Source of the DNA: Dimorphilus gyrociliatus
Lineage: Eukaryota > Animalia > Annelida
Assembly (NCBI GenBank): GCA_904063045.1
Contig: CAJFCJ010000029.1
Span: 372,001-436,000, forward strand
Reading direction: 5' to 3'
DNA length: 64,000 nucleotides
The stretch's first letter is position 1, and each line of letters starts with the position of its first letter. The notes below the pieces were generated by a model, which saw nothing but the letters and a program-made list of their open reading frames with translations, was not told where the DNA came from and did not search any database. Made by a program: the position numbers and the translations under genes. Positions 24,865 to 36,978 of this stretch are shown here, piece by piece.

Positions 24865-27800
24865 ATGAACGTGAAAAGCGCTAATGCACTAATATGCTTT
24901 CTAATGGTTCTATTTGAAGCATGCAAATTGGTTGATGGATTAAGAAACATTCAAGTAAGACTAGATGTGCCTACATCCGTTCCGCATCGAACTTCTGAAG
25001 ATAAGAATGATCCTTGTAAAGCAGGTAGGTTATTTTCGCGTGATAGAATGAAAACTCTCTTGGGAATTGTGAGCGCGTTCCGACTGAAAGTTTCTCTTCG
25101 GTCAGCCTTAGTCGGCACCCCCTTTTAATTACGCATTTCTCAATTCGTTAACTTCTCTTAAGTAAACAGGATTTTTCGGTTTACGGCTTGAGTTAACGAA
25201 GCGAAACTTGCGTAATGCCTGTTTTGTTTCGTTGACCTCTATGTTTCTCTTGTTCTTGTAGATCGTATTCTCGACATGGCTCGAAGTCGGACGGAAAACT
25301 TCACACCCCACCACCGGCAAACTAGGCATCGCAGGTAGGTTTCTACTTTTCTGGTGCTTATAGATGAGGTTCTCTCAGGGTGATAGGGTTAAGGCACCTG
25401 GGCAAATTTTTTATATTCTATCGGGGTGCTGACGAGTTCCAGAGCGTTTCGTGTTGATAAATGTTCGTTATTAGGAGGCATAGGCGAGCTGCCACCGCAG
25501 AATCGAGGAGGAAATGGACTTACGGAGTAATTCCATTCGTTATTGACGAACAATACAGCGGCGAACAGGTTTCAAATATTGATACTGTGCCTTAAATTAT
25601 GTTTGGTTATATGTAACCGAAATGTTACAGGCCAGTCTATTTAAACAAGCCATGAGGCACTGGGAGAACCTAACTTGCGTAACGTTCATAGAAAAGGAGT
25701 ACGCCCCGGAGTTTCCCAATTACATCTACATAACGGTCGGCCCTTGCGGCTGTTGTTCGTTCGTCGGAATGAAGGGCGATGGCAGGCAGGATCTTTCATT
25801 GGGTAAAAGGTGCGATAAATTCGGTATAGCCGTCCATGAATTAGGGCATGCAATTGGCTTTTGGCACGAACACACGAGACCCGATCGCGACGATTATATC
25901 GATCTATTAGAGGAAAATGTTCAGGACGGTAAATATTCACATATCGCATCTCTTTTAAAATTATTGATTTACGAAGTAAATTTAACATTAAAACTGTCCG
26001 AAAATCATTTAAAGCCACCATATTTTACTTAAAGATGATTGACACTAAGGTACTAGACGTTGTTTACCTCTGTCAATCGATTTACGACTTTCAATTGTCT
26101 TTATCTAATACGTACTTGTATTTTTTGAGAGTGTCAATCGTTTTTAGATTATTATTCAATGTGTTTTTTTTAACTGATTTTGATCTACATTCAATAGAAT
26201 TTTTATTTCTCACGCTTATCAGGACAATTATATAATTTCGACAAGATGAACAAGGTGGATGTTGAATCATTCGACGAGCCGTATGACTTTGCATCAGTCA
26301 TGCATTATAGCAGCTTCACTTTTTCCAAGTCATCCCGTCTAGAGACACTCGTACCAAAGAAAAGCCATTGGATTGATGGCAGACCACCAGAAATCGGCCA
26401 AAGATTAACATTGAGTAACGGAGATATTAGACAAACTAAGAAATTGTATAGTTGCCCCGCTTGCGGTAAAACTCTGATGAATGAGAATGGTACACTGAGT
26501 TCGCCGTTCACTGAAAAGGCCGTTCGATGCGTCTGGCGTATAGTCGGCTCGCCAGGAGATAAAGTCATCTTGAATATCACGCGCATAAATATAAAACCTT
26601 CTGACGGCTGCCGTTACGATTACCTGGAAGTTAGGGAGGGTTTTTATCATGGTTCAAAGCTAATCGGTCGTTTTTGTGGTCGAGCTCTTCCCCCAACGAT
26701 TACTTCTTCAACAACCCGCTTGTGGGTTTCTTATCGGGCCTCCTCGAACCGTAACGACTTCAAGGCTAATTACGAATTGAGATGTGGCGGGGATATAGGG
26801 GGAGTAAAAGGCGAGATAACTAGCCCCAATTATCCTAATTTATATTTCAATAATAAAGATTGTATTTGGAGGATAACTGTATCAGAAAATGCTGTTGTAG
26901 GCCTACGAATTAATAATCTAATGGTAAGTCGCTAATTAACTAGACTTTTTAAACATTATTTAACCTATTTTAAATCATATAGCCAGTTGAAAGGGACGTT
27001 ATTTGCTTTTATTTATTTTACAACTATTTCAAATTTCAAAGAATGTTATTAGAATAAGAAAAGTAAATAATTGGTATAAGAGCCTTTTTCACTTTTTCCG
27101 TCCAAGTCTAAAGCTTAAGGTCGCCTTATATTGCGTTAGCGGCTTTGTAAGCCTATCGTAGACCAGATTATGGTTTTTAGTAGAATTTTTATTTCGTGTA
27201 TAAAACAAATAGTAAACTATAAAAAGATTCTTGTTTTCAAACGCTTAGCTGGAGCGCCACGAGAAATGCTTGTACGACTTCCTAGAGATACGAGATGGGC
27301 ACTCGAATACGTCCAAGATTATTGGACGATATTGCTCTCATCATCCAAAGGCATTTGTTATACGATCGAGAACAAACCGTATGTCTTTGCGATTTGTTTC
27401 TGACGCTTCGGTAGAACAGCCTGGATTTAGTGCCACTTATTACGAAGGTATATCAGTTTAAATTTAAAATTCAGATAAGATAGACGTTGGAGTAGTAGGG
27501 TGAAGAAGTTGGTGGTGGGGGGCGATAACGAGCAATAAAGACTCGGCAGAGGAACGCAATTAGCGAAAGGCGCGAAAAAATGTGTGCAACAGACCCTACC
27601 AGCGCCCTTTTCTCTTCCCCTCCCACATCATCTTCTCTCCCGCTCTCTATCTGTCTATCTATCTTTATCTCTATATCTAAAAAGAACTATATTCACTCTG
27701 TCTTCTCGAATAGAGGTAGACGAGTGCTCCGGGGCTCACGGATGTGAAAGCATATGCGTAAATACATTGGGTAGTTACCACTGTGAATGTCACCTAGGAT

Positions 27801-30103
27801 TCGATCTCCTACCAGATGGAAAAAGCTGTGCATATCGGTGTGGAGGTCGAATAGAACAATCATCTGGTGTTTTACAATCTCCCAATTACCCAGAGCTATA
27901 CCCAACGGAAAAAACCTGCATTTGGGAAATAGTTGCTCCTAAGATGTACAAGATTACCTTAAATTTTACCCATTTCGATGTGGAAGGGGTTAGCAATTCA
28001 AACTGCACGTATGATAGCCTACAAATTTTCAGCGGCAGTATGACCGAAAAATATGAAAGAAAGGCGTCATATGTAACTGTTAATAATGAAAGAAAGCGTC
28101 TACCCTTTTTACATTCGACGTTATGCGGTTATGTAATACCACGACCGATAACGTCCCTTACAAACGTTATGACTGTAAAGTTTAAATCAGACTATACTAT
28201 TGCTAAAACTGGTTTTGTCGGAGTTTTTACAACGGATTTTGACGAGTGTGAGATAATGAACGGTGGATGCGGTCACGGATGCAAAAACGTTATAGGCTCG
28301 TATCAATGCTACTGCCTCCCTGGATACGTATTGCATTCTAACAAACATGACTGCAAAGAAGGTAGTGCCACCTACAGTTTTAAAATATATTTAACTTAGT
28401 ATACTGCTTTCCTTGAAAAGTACGTTTTTTTAATTGTTAATTATTAATTAACTTTCCCTTTGGCAAGGTTTATGCAAGCACGATGTTAATACGTCTTATG
28501 GGCACATTATGAGCCACAATTACCCGGAACCATACGATAGTAGGAGAACATGCGTTTGGAATATTACTTGCACAAATGGACACCGAGTAAAATTAGTAAG
28601 TAAAATGGAAGGTTTAACGTCTATTAATAATTTTAATTGAACTAGACGAGTTGGAAAAAGGCAGTTAATTAATCTTTATGAGTTTCTGTCGCATTTAATT
28701 AGAAGCTAAACCTATAGAAAAAATTTTTTAAGGAAATAGCTTTACGGTATATAACATTTCCTTAGGCAGTAAACGACACAGCTATACTTTTTCCTTCATT
28801 TTTTACCTTTTAAATTATATTCCGTCGTATTGCATCCCTTTGTCGATTAGACCGTGACAAATTACTAAAATTGGGGGAAAGGTGAAATTTTAGACACTCT
28901 TATGGAATTTGTTCATTAGGAGGGGATGAGAAATTTTTCTTTTCATATTTCCTTTCTTAAGTCTATAAACAATAATATGCAAATATTCATATTCTTCCTA
29001 GAGTTCTTTGTCCTCAATTCTATGTATTGCTATGCGGAAATATAAAAAGGAAGAAATTTATCTTAATGCTCTTTCCAGTGAAAAAAATCAGAGTATGATT
29101 TTCTTCCACGTATGACTTAAAGGGTGGAGAGAAATGAAATTTAAGAGCAAACTAATAATTTTTCTCTTTTATATCAATCGGTTAGTTGCTTTTAGCCAAT
29201 TGCTATTTTTAGGGAAGATTATTTCACTCCAAACAAAATAGAAAACAATTTTCCCGGCTAGAAAAGTTATTAACTGATAGACAGGCTATTCTTTTTTATC
29301 ACTGTAACAATTATAAAGATAAGTGAGTAAGCAATAATTTATTAATTTACGACACGAGAAGAGATTAGTATAGTAATTAGTTTGTTATTTTCTCGAGTTG
29401 ACAAACATTTTTTATGAGATAAATGAATAAGCTGTAAAGTATAGCCAATTTATCCGGACGGAATGATTAATTACTATCTTTATAGGCTTTTACGGATTTC
29501 GAACTGGAGAAAATATCGGATAATAAAGTCTGCAAATACGATTATATAAAAATTTTCGATGGGCCTAGCGACGTTTCTTCTGAAATAGGAAAATATTGCG
29601 GTGTGGAAAAACCACCTCCTATTTTATCATCATCCAACCATATGTTTATTCGTTTCTTTACGGATACAAGTGTTCAAAAGAAAGGTTTCCATGCAATCCA
29701 TTCGACTGTTTGCGGCGGCAAACTATTAGCGAGCTTCGACAAATCCCGATTCTACTCTCACTCCACATATGGTGATAACAATTACAGTTCAAAGCAAAGC
29801 TGCGAATGGACCATTTATTCGGACATTCGTAACGCTAGAATTAAGTTGAGGTTTGTACACTTTGACATAGAGAAGGATACGAACTGTAATTACGATTACG
29901 TCGAATTATATGACGGACGAGAAAAGGGAAAAGCTTTTGGACGTTACTGCGGCATGAACGAAAGCCGATTGCAGAATTTTATATCATCATCTAATTATAT
30001 GCTTGTTCTATTTAAAACGGATGACACTATACATAAGAAAGGTTTCGTCGCTGAATATTCTCTTGCTGATGATGCAGATACAATCGGGTATCATCACTTC
30101 TGA
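24865..30103 (+). CDS. TLL1: Tolloid/BMP1 astacin metalloprotease (signal-pro-astacin-CUB1-CUB2-EGF-CUB3-EGF-CUB4-CUB5), ~972-986 aa
   Basis: Exons 24865-25024, (possible 25170-25211), 25262-25334, 25475-25568, 25631-25928, 26223-26923, 27249-27447, 27714-28361, 28468-28595, 29486-30103, all GT-AG and phase-consistent. DPCKA prodomain motif, furin site [35 protein letters not shown] zinc motif, SVMHY Met-turn, five CUB and two EGF domains. Symbol is family-level (tld/BMP1/TLL). Confidence 0.97.
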
Positions 30104-30997
30104 TGAAGATGAGCTGAAGAAGTTGGGATTCGAGTAAATCGACCGCCACATTTTGCCAGCTTTGTCTATTTAGTATAGATTTTCACGAGTATTGTCTTAT
30201 TACTCTTATTTTATCATTATTATTGTTGCTATTTTATTTATTATTGATAATTAAACAAATTATCATTCTCTTTTTATTTAAAGGAGAGGGTATTAATCAC
30301 TTAATAAACGTATCCATTACTTTAAGTTTACTGTATAATTGTATATACAGTATATATATATAATATATCAATCTCATCAATCAATCAAGTATGTTCAATC
30401 AAACAAAATATGAAAGAAACCCATCAACAACTCTACCAGTTGATTTTAAATGAAAAAAGCATTTTAAGGTTATTTTTTTAAATGTGAAAAATTCGTTTTA
30501 ACATATATATGAAAGCAACATTTTCATATAGCTCATTCCCCAACTATTTCATAAATTCACTGACGACTTTTGGAACATATAAATCTTCTTCAAAATTGGA
30601 TTGTGAGGCCTTATAGTACCTGTGTTCTACCCTTTTTTGTGTGCAATTCATATTAATATCTCTATTTATAAATATATATATATATTCTTACACACATATA
30701 CGCGTGTTTCAAAGTAATAGATGCTATCTAGTGGAAGAGAACGCAAGCCACTACAGTATGTTTGTATAAATATATAAATGTAATTAAGAGTCACGATTGG
30801 TGGCTCATCATCGCTTGTCAATTTTCTTGCTAAGTTATTCTCTCACTTTCTCTCTCACTTTTTCGCTCTCGCTCTCGCTCTCTCTCTCTACTCTTCTTTT
30901 TACCTACCTGTCTATCTGTCTCTACCCTCTCTGTTCTCCTTATTTTAAAGCGCCAGCGCCATCGCTCGACCACATCATTTTTCCCATTGCTGTCAAG

Positions 30998-32134
30998 ATG
31001 AACGAATCTGCGGAAGGTGGTTCTGAAGAGGAAGAAAATATTACATTCTTCACTATTTTTGGATGGCTGTCAATAGCTTGCTGCTTTCTGGGGATGGTCG
31101 GTAATAGCCTTTCTTTGCTCGTCTTGGCCAAGGATCGATCAGCATGCGCAATGTTCGTTGTATTAAAAGCTCTGGCAGTGGCGGACGGAATATTTTTAGT
31201 TCTTGTGCTCTCGAAGCTAATGATTATTCACTTGCACGTCTTTCAAGATATATCGCCAGTTTTACACTTGGCGAACGTTTACTTAACTGTATACGTAGTT
31301 CCTTGGATACAAATTAGTCAAACTGTTATTATATGGTTAACGGTGATAATTTCTATAGAGAGATATTTAGTCGTTTGTAAAAGTTTGTCGGCACATGCAC
31401 TCTGCACGGAGAAGAAGACTAAGCGATACGTAATGATTACAGTCTTTTGTAGTTTTTTGACGAATCTACCTCATTTTTTCGAGCAGTATGTTATAGAGGA
31501 CGATAGGTTTGCTAATCAGTCCATCAAAGAGTTCCAGCCGAAATATCGAGGTTATTCTGAAAATTCTATATATAAGTATGCCTACAGCTACGGTCTTCAT
31601 TCTGTTATGCTCTTTCTTTTACCCCTGGTCATTCTTGTCTTTCTAAACGTAAAAGTAATCAAGGTCCTACGACAGCGATCCGAGTGGATCCCTTTCACTG
31701 GTCCACGTTCCTCCTTGGAGTCTCGGCGATATCTGGCCGGGAAGGCTTCGACGAATAAGCAATTATACGAACGAACTATAACAACCATGTCCCTATGCAT
31801 AGTTATCGTTTTTCTCATCTGTGGTCTGCCAGACATCGTAATTACAACGGCTAGAAACGTATTCCATAAACACGAATCTGCTTGGCTTATACATCTCTCT
31901 GCCGTTTCTAATTTCCTCCTCATCCTTAATTCTGCATCGAACTTTCTAATCTACTGCCTTCTTGGTCGAAAGTTTCGGAGAATATTAATTAGAATGTTTT
32001 GTGATCGATCAGATGATAACATTCGTCAGAGAACTTTCAGATCGACTTCAACCTTTGACGAAGCAGCATTAAAGTTACTTACAACACCAACGCGTATAAT
32101 AGAAACAGATAGAAGAGAAACGACATGTGTTTAA
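30998..32134 (+). CDS. Class A peptide GPCR, FMRFamide-receptor-like family, single exon, 378 aa
   Basis: ATG 30998 (MNESAEGG, caagATG). Seven hydrophobic segments with GN (TM1), LAVAD (TM2), ISIERY (TM3), NLPHFFE (TM4), LLPLVILVFLN (TM5), FLICGLP (TM6), LNSASNFLIYCLLGRKFR (TM7). The NFxIY TM7 variant is typical of the FMRFamide/sex-peptide/myosuppressin receptor group. Confidence 0.92.
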   Translation: MNESAEGGSEEEENITFFTIFGWLSIACCFLGMVGNSLSLLVLAKDRSACAMFVVLKALAVADGIFLVLVLSKLMIIHLHVFQDISPVLHLANVYLTVYVVPWIQISQTVIIWLTVIISIERYLVVCKSLSAHALCTEKKTKRYVMITVFCSFLTNLPHFFEQYVIEDDRFANQSIKEFQPKYRGYSENSIYKYAYSYGLHSVMLFLLPLVILVFLNVKVIKVLRQRSEWIPFTGPRSSLESRRYLAGKASTNKQLYERTITTMSLCIVIVFLICGLPDIVITTARNVFHKHESAWLIHLSAVSNFLLILNSASNFLIYCLLGRKFRRILIRMFCDRSDDNIRQRTFRSTSTFDEAALKLLTTPTRIIETDRRETTCV

Positions 32135-32996
32135 ATAAAAGACAGAAAAAGTCGGTTAGAATTCCTCGTATATGAAATAATCCAAACAAACATAAGCAAA
32201 TCGTATTGATCTTGTATTTTGTGTATTAGGGCATAGTTTTTTTTCTCATTGATGTGCAACTGCTGAGGAGACACCGATGCATCTTTATTGAAAACTACAA
32301 CGTATCCGTTTATCTAAAAATATCGGAAAAGAATATTCTACTAACAGACGGCGCTTTAATAAACCCTTTTTCCGAGCAAGCGTCTAACATTGATCCGACG
32401 TCGCTGTACTCGTTTATACATTTAGGCGTCATCAGAATAAGGAATTATATACTATGGATAAGTCTCCTAAAGGTGGTAAGACGAGGAATAAAGTTTTGGA
32501 GAGAAAAAATACTCCTGGGCCATCGCAGATGCAAAATAAAGTTAATAAAATTAACGGTAAGTAATAAATCTGTACAAATATGAAATTATATTTAAGATTT
32601 CTAGGTATGATAGTTATCTCTATGTTATATAGCGAAAATAAAAAATATTTCTATTTACAAAGCTATACAAAGCCAGATACAATATATACGATATTTATAT
32701 ATATATATATATATTTAAACATATAATATAGAAGGATATATCGTAGAGGTAGCTTCTAAAATATAGATAATGTATACATAGTGTTTCGATTGCGCCAAGA
32801 AAATTATCCATACATACTCAAATAAATATCCAATATATATTGTACACTTTGGATGCTATATATGTCAATTAAATATCCATATACTTGTTACTCTAAAATA
32901 TATGTACGTTTTAGAGAATGATTTGTGCAAATCTTTATTCCAACTTCATTTAAACTATATTTTCTCTAAAATGTACATATATACATAACGAGTAAG

Positions 32997-33194
32997 ATGC
33001 TGGGAAAGCAGGAAGCGCTTGGTCTAATTAGCGTTTCTGAATATACGTGTATAGCTCGGCAACTTTATGATGGAGATGCCTTCTGTGAAGAAGAGGAGAC
33101 GGAAGAAAAACCGGCTGCAACGACGCCTGCGTCTAATAGTCACTCAGAACAAACAACGGCGACTCCAAAAGAAAAAGATACGGATGGAAAATAA
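32997..33194 (+). CDS. Candidate small protein, 65 aa, acidic/Thr-rich C-terminus, unknown
   Basis: aagATG start context like other genes here; GC-richer island embedded in very AT-rich flanks; no recognisable family. Confidence 0.35.
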   Translation: MLGKQEALGLISVSEYTCIARQLYDGDAFCEEEETEEKPAATTPASNSHSEQTTATPKEKDTDGK

Positions 33195-35342
33195 CTATGC
33201 GTTTATAATACGATAGTATATAAAACCGACTCTCTTATCTGTCTTCGCTTCTCTCTTGTTTAACTCTTCTCCTCTTCCTATCTTCTGTCTATATGTCATC
33301 TGTATGAATATATTATTAACTAACAAATGTACATATCTATTATATACATATACTTGTAGAATCATGCATATTAATGAATATAATCTATCTCTATATCACT
33401 TTTCTCTTTATTCTTTCTTCTTTCCTGTCTCATTGCCGCTATATCTCTACACTAATACTATTTTTTCAATATCTCTTTCAATCTTCCAGTCTCCTATCTC
33501 TTTTTTTTTCTTTAGCATCTGTCTATAATTCTAGACTTCTCTCCTTCTTACTCTCTCACTTTCACTTTTCTCGCTTTCTCTTTGACTTTTATTTCCTCTT
33601 ACTTACTTGCTCTCCATCTTTAATTTTCTTTTAAAATCTTTAAATAAATGTAATCATTGTTGTTATTCCGAAAAGGGAAACTCTTTAAATAAACTAAAGT
33701 ATTTTAAATGAGTACATTTGAAGTCTACTAGCTTGTATTTGTATTTTAAATAATGCAACTGGAAAGAAATTGTTTGCAGTCTGAAATATCCAGCTTGAAG
33801 GAAAATTACAATAAGAAAAATTTCTCTATATAAGCTACCCATATTCAAAAAATAGTACATATTATATATATATAGTATATACAGTATATATCTATAAATT
33901 TATAAATGAGTAGATAATGAAAGCACATCTGAATAGAAGAGTAATTTTCAATGATTGAGCATATCTAATACACGTGATGAGCGTTACTCTAAGAAACACT
34001 TCCTTCGACTTAATTAACAGGCTTTTTTATTTACTTTCCTAATTGATCTTTAGTGTTTTATAAATCTCTTTCAAATAGCTTTAGGTTATCTTGGAGTACG
34101 GATAATGCATTAAAAAGATAAGCAACATAAAACTGTAAAACAAAGAAAAAATGGTCAGGAAATAGGCAAGAAATTAGAAAACTAGGAATATAATTCTTGC
34201 TCTCTAAAAAGACACGATAAAAAAAACCTATTCGTTTACAGACGGCGCCTCTGGCAGCGTCTAAATTCAATTTTTTTACCTATTGTTTTTTTTTCGTCTT
34301 CTAAAGATTACAACACGTCGCTTATTATTTGTCTATTTGATAAGTACATTTATGAATATTTAACGGTTCATACGTCATTTGATATCGATTGTCCGTCATC
34401 GTCAAACTATTATTTTACTTATCAGCACGCCACCGAACGTAATAAAGCTTGAAAAAAAGCGGCCTAACAATAGAAGTATATGGTTGTGTTAATGTCATTG
34501 GGCAAGCCGATTATATTTTCGTTATTGTCAACAAGAAAATGAACCAATACGTAACCCGTTATCAAAAAATCTCTTGTGTAAGTGTACTTTTATATGATTC
34601 TCTCTTTCTTTTTTTCCAATTCATAGAGATAAATTGTAGGTCGGTTATGATATTTTTATCCACTACTTTGTACTGCTGTTCGTTACGAAGAAAAAAAGAA
34701 TTAATCTCGTCTTTTTCCAAACGAGTATGCTCGTCATTTTCTCCCTGATCTTTCAATAATAATTGTTCTCATTATGCTAAACGCATCGGCTTTATTACAG
34801 TAGTTTCCTGTATCTAGTATTTGTTTTATGGTGTATTTTTTAAGCAGCCGTTGCGAAAATAGATTTAGGTATATATATATTTAATCTCTCAAGAACTTAG
34901 CCTATAATTGACAATGGATGTTGTTAGTTTATTTAATGTACGTGACAACCTTATAAAAATCTGTTTGATAACTCTGCGAAAATTGAAATGAACATTCAAA
35001 AATGAAATTTACTTGCTTATTTTAATTATAAAAAAATAACAGACAAATATAGAAATCCTTTTAAGACTTACGTGCAAGTTTGTTATTGTTTAGTATAAAA
35101 AAGAGGATTTCAAGGCTTAAATAATTACACGGATACGCTGAGGGAGGTTATTATGGGTGAAATTATCGTTTTTTCCTCTTTTCTATCGTTGTTGAAATCA
35201 TCATCTGTTGTAAGAGAATTAGTGCGAATGCATTTTTACAGCATAAAAACAAAAATTGCAGTTTTTTCTTAACTTGCAGTAGCTTGCTTCCTTTTACCTT
35301 ACACAAAAAGAGTGTTTTTGCTGTGAATCTAACAATATATAG

Positions 35343-36801
35343 ATGGGCGCACTAGATTTACGAGATATTGGGGAAGAACAAAGGAGACTCTCTGCAATTT
35401 TTGCCTACGATGGGCCAAGACGTTCGTTTTGTACTCAGGTTTTCTACCTAATCCAATTTATTCTCTTTTAACCCAAGTTACTTATAGAGGTACATATTCG
35501 ATTTTCTCTTTTTCAAATTGCAGAGAAAGAAAGATACTGATGGCAGTCCGACTCTCAGGAGTTTCCTAAAAAATGGGGCTGCTGACGAATCATGTAAAAA
35601 GGATCGTGATGCAGATCGCATTAAACTGCCGCCTTTAGGCAGCGTCAATAGGCCTTTGGTAAAGCGAAAACCTCTCGGTAGTGTAGAAGTGGATTCGGAA
35701 CACCAAAATTTAGTAAGCCTACCCTCAATCAGCACTGGGTGCAGCCGTCGGGAGACAATCATGGACGAAAAAGAGTTTGGAGAGCGCCCTCAGCGAATCT
35801 TTCACGTGTTCGTCCCCAAGCAGACGACACGTCTTAGTACGTATATTGAGTCAGAGCAAAACGCTGCAGACGCTGAGTATGAGAAGCTTGGTCATCTCCG
35901 TTATAAACACGGAATATTGACTAATCCTTCACCGCCATTGGATATTATTGATGGGAAGGACGAAGAAATTACCTTTTGCATTTGTAAACAACCTTTAATT
36001 GGTTTACAAGCAGAGTTCTGCACAGAATGTGGAGGTAAAATAAATGACAATAGCCCCCGTAATTCCATCAGCAATCTAGCTAAGCGAAGGCCATCTGGAT
36101 TTAAGAGAGTGTCGTTAGGCACTTTAAGTAGCGATCGCAATAGTGACGTTTTACCATCTACATCTTTACAACACTATTCAGATGAAGAAAAACTGAAGTA
36201 TGTCAGTGACTTTAACAATAACAAAGAACTAACAGGCAGCGAAAACGTCGAAGATGCACTCGACCGGACGATAGTTGAAGAGACGCTTGGCCCATTGGTT
36301 AGGGAGACCGATAAGAACAGCATATTATTTGATTATACATCAAAATGGTTAGAAGATGAAACCGGTGGAGCAAATCAAGACACGATCCACTCGAAGTTGC
36401 AGTCCTTCTCGAAAACGAAAGTGGATCGAGATGGTTGGAAAGAGGCTTATAATAAGGCGGTTGCTATAGCACAAATCTATAAGGATTCTATCTTCACTAG
36501 TCGCGTATCAAAGCCTTGGACATTTTCTTTCTTTCAAGGTCGTACGTCAAATTCAGTGTATAAAATTAAAAAGAAAAAAGGTGGGGAATTAAAGCACATT
36601 CTTGGTCGTGTGAAACTAGAAGACTACTATCCAGGAGGTTTGAAAAATCCAAAATCGAATAGAGTTAGCCAGGCGTTCTTAACCAGAGCCAGTAAGATGA
36701 TGGCAAAGAGAACAAAGCCACCACCATCGACGCTTAGCAGGCAACAAAGCGTTATCAGCGTTAAAAGTTATCCTAGCCTCTATTCATTTCACGCTACATA
36801 A
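35343..36801 (+). CDS. Uncharacterised protein, ~457 aa, 2 coding exons, with CxC...CxxC zinc-ribbon-like cluster
   Basis: Exon 35343-35438 (MGALDLRDIGEEQRRLSAIFAYDGPRRSFCTQ), GT-AG 85-nt intron, exon 35524-36801 (425 codons open in AT-rich DNA). FCICKQPLIGLQAEFCTECG. An AG immediately before the ATG means further upstream exons are possible. Confidence 0.72.
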
Positions 36802-36954
36802 AATTTATAACGTAACGTGGACGTCATCTTGCACTAGCGAAGTAATAAGCCCATGACCTATCCTATATACCCGCTAATTGATTCAGCATTTACTCCGAAC
36901 TACCGAAGTCACTTAGATTATGGTACTATATTTAGTATTAGCATATATACATAA

Positions 36955-36978
36955 ATATATATATATATATATATATAT
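36955..36978. repeat. (AT)12 microsatellite
   Basis: Direct reading. Confidence 0.9.

Noticed and set aside
28073-28112. CUB3 insertion interpreted as a retained intron
   Set aside because: GT at 28073 has no AG at a plausible distance (the pyrimidine tract ends in ACAT); kept as a coding insertion.
33256-33860. Phe/Leu/Ser-rich ORFs
   Set aside because: Pyrimidine-rich low-complexity sequence.
33168-35545. KDTDG shared by the end of the 65-aa ORF and the start of exon 2 of the unknown gene (about 16/20 nt identity)
   Set aside because: Too short and purine-rich to support duplication, and the small ORF has no donor to splice into the larger gene.
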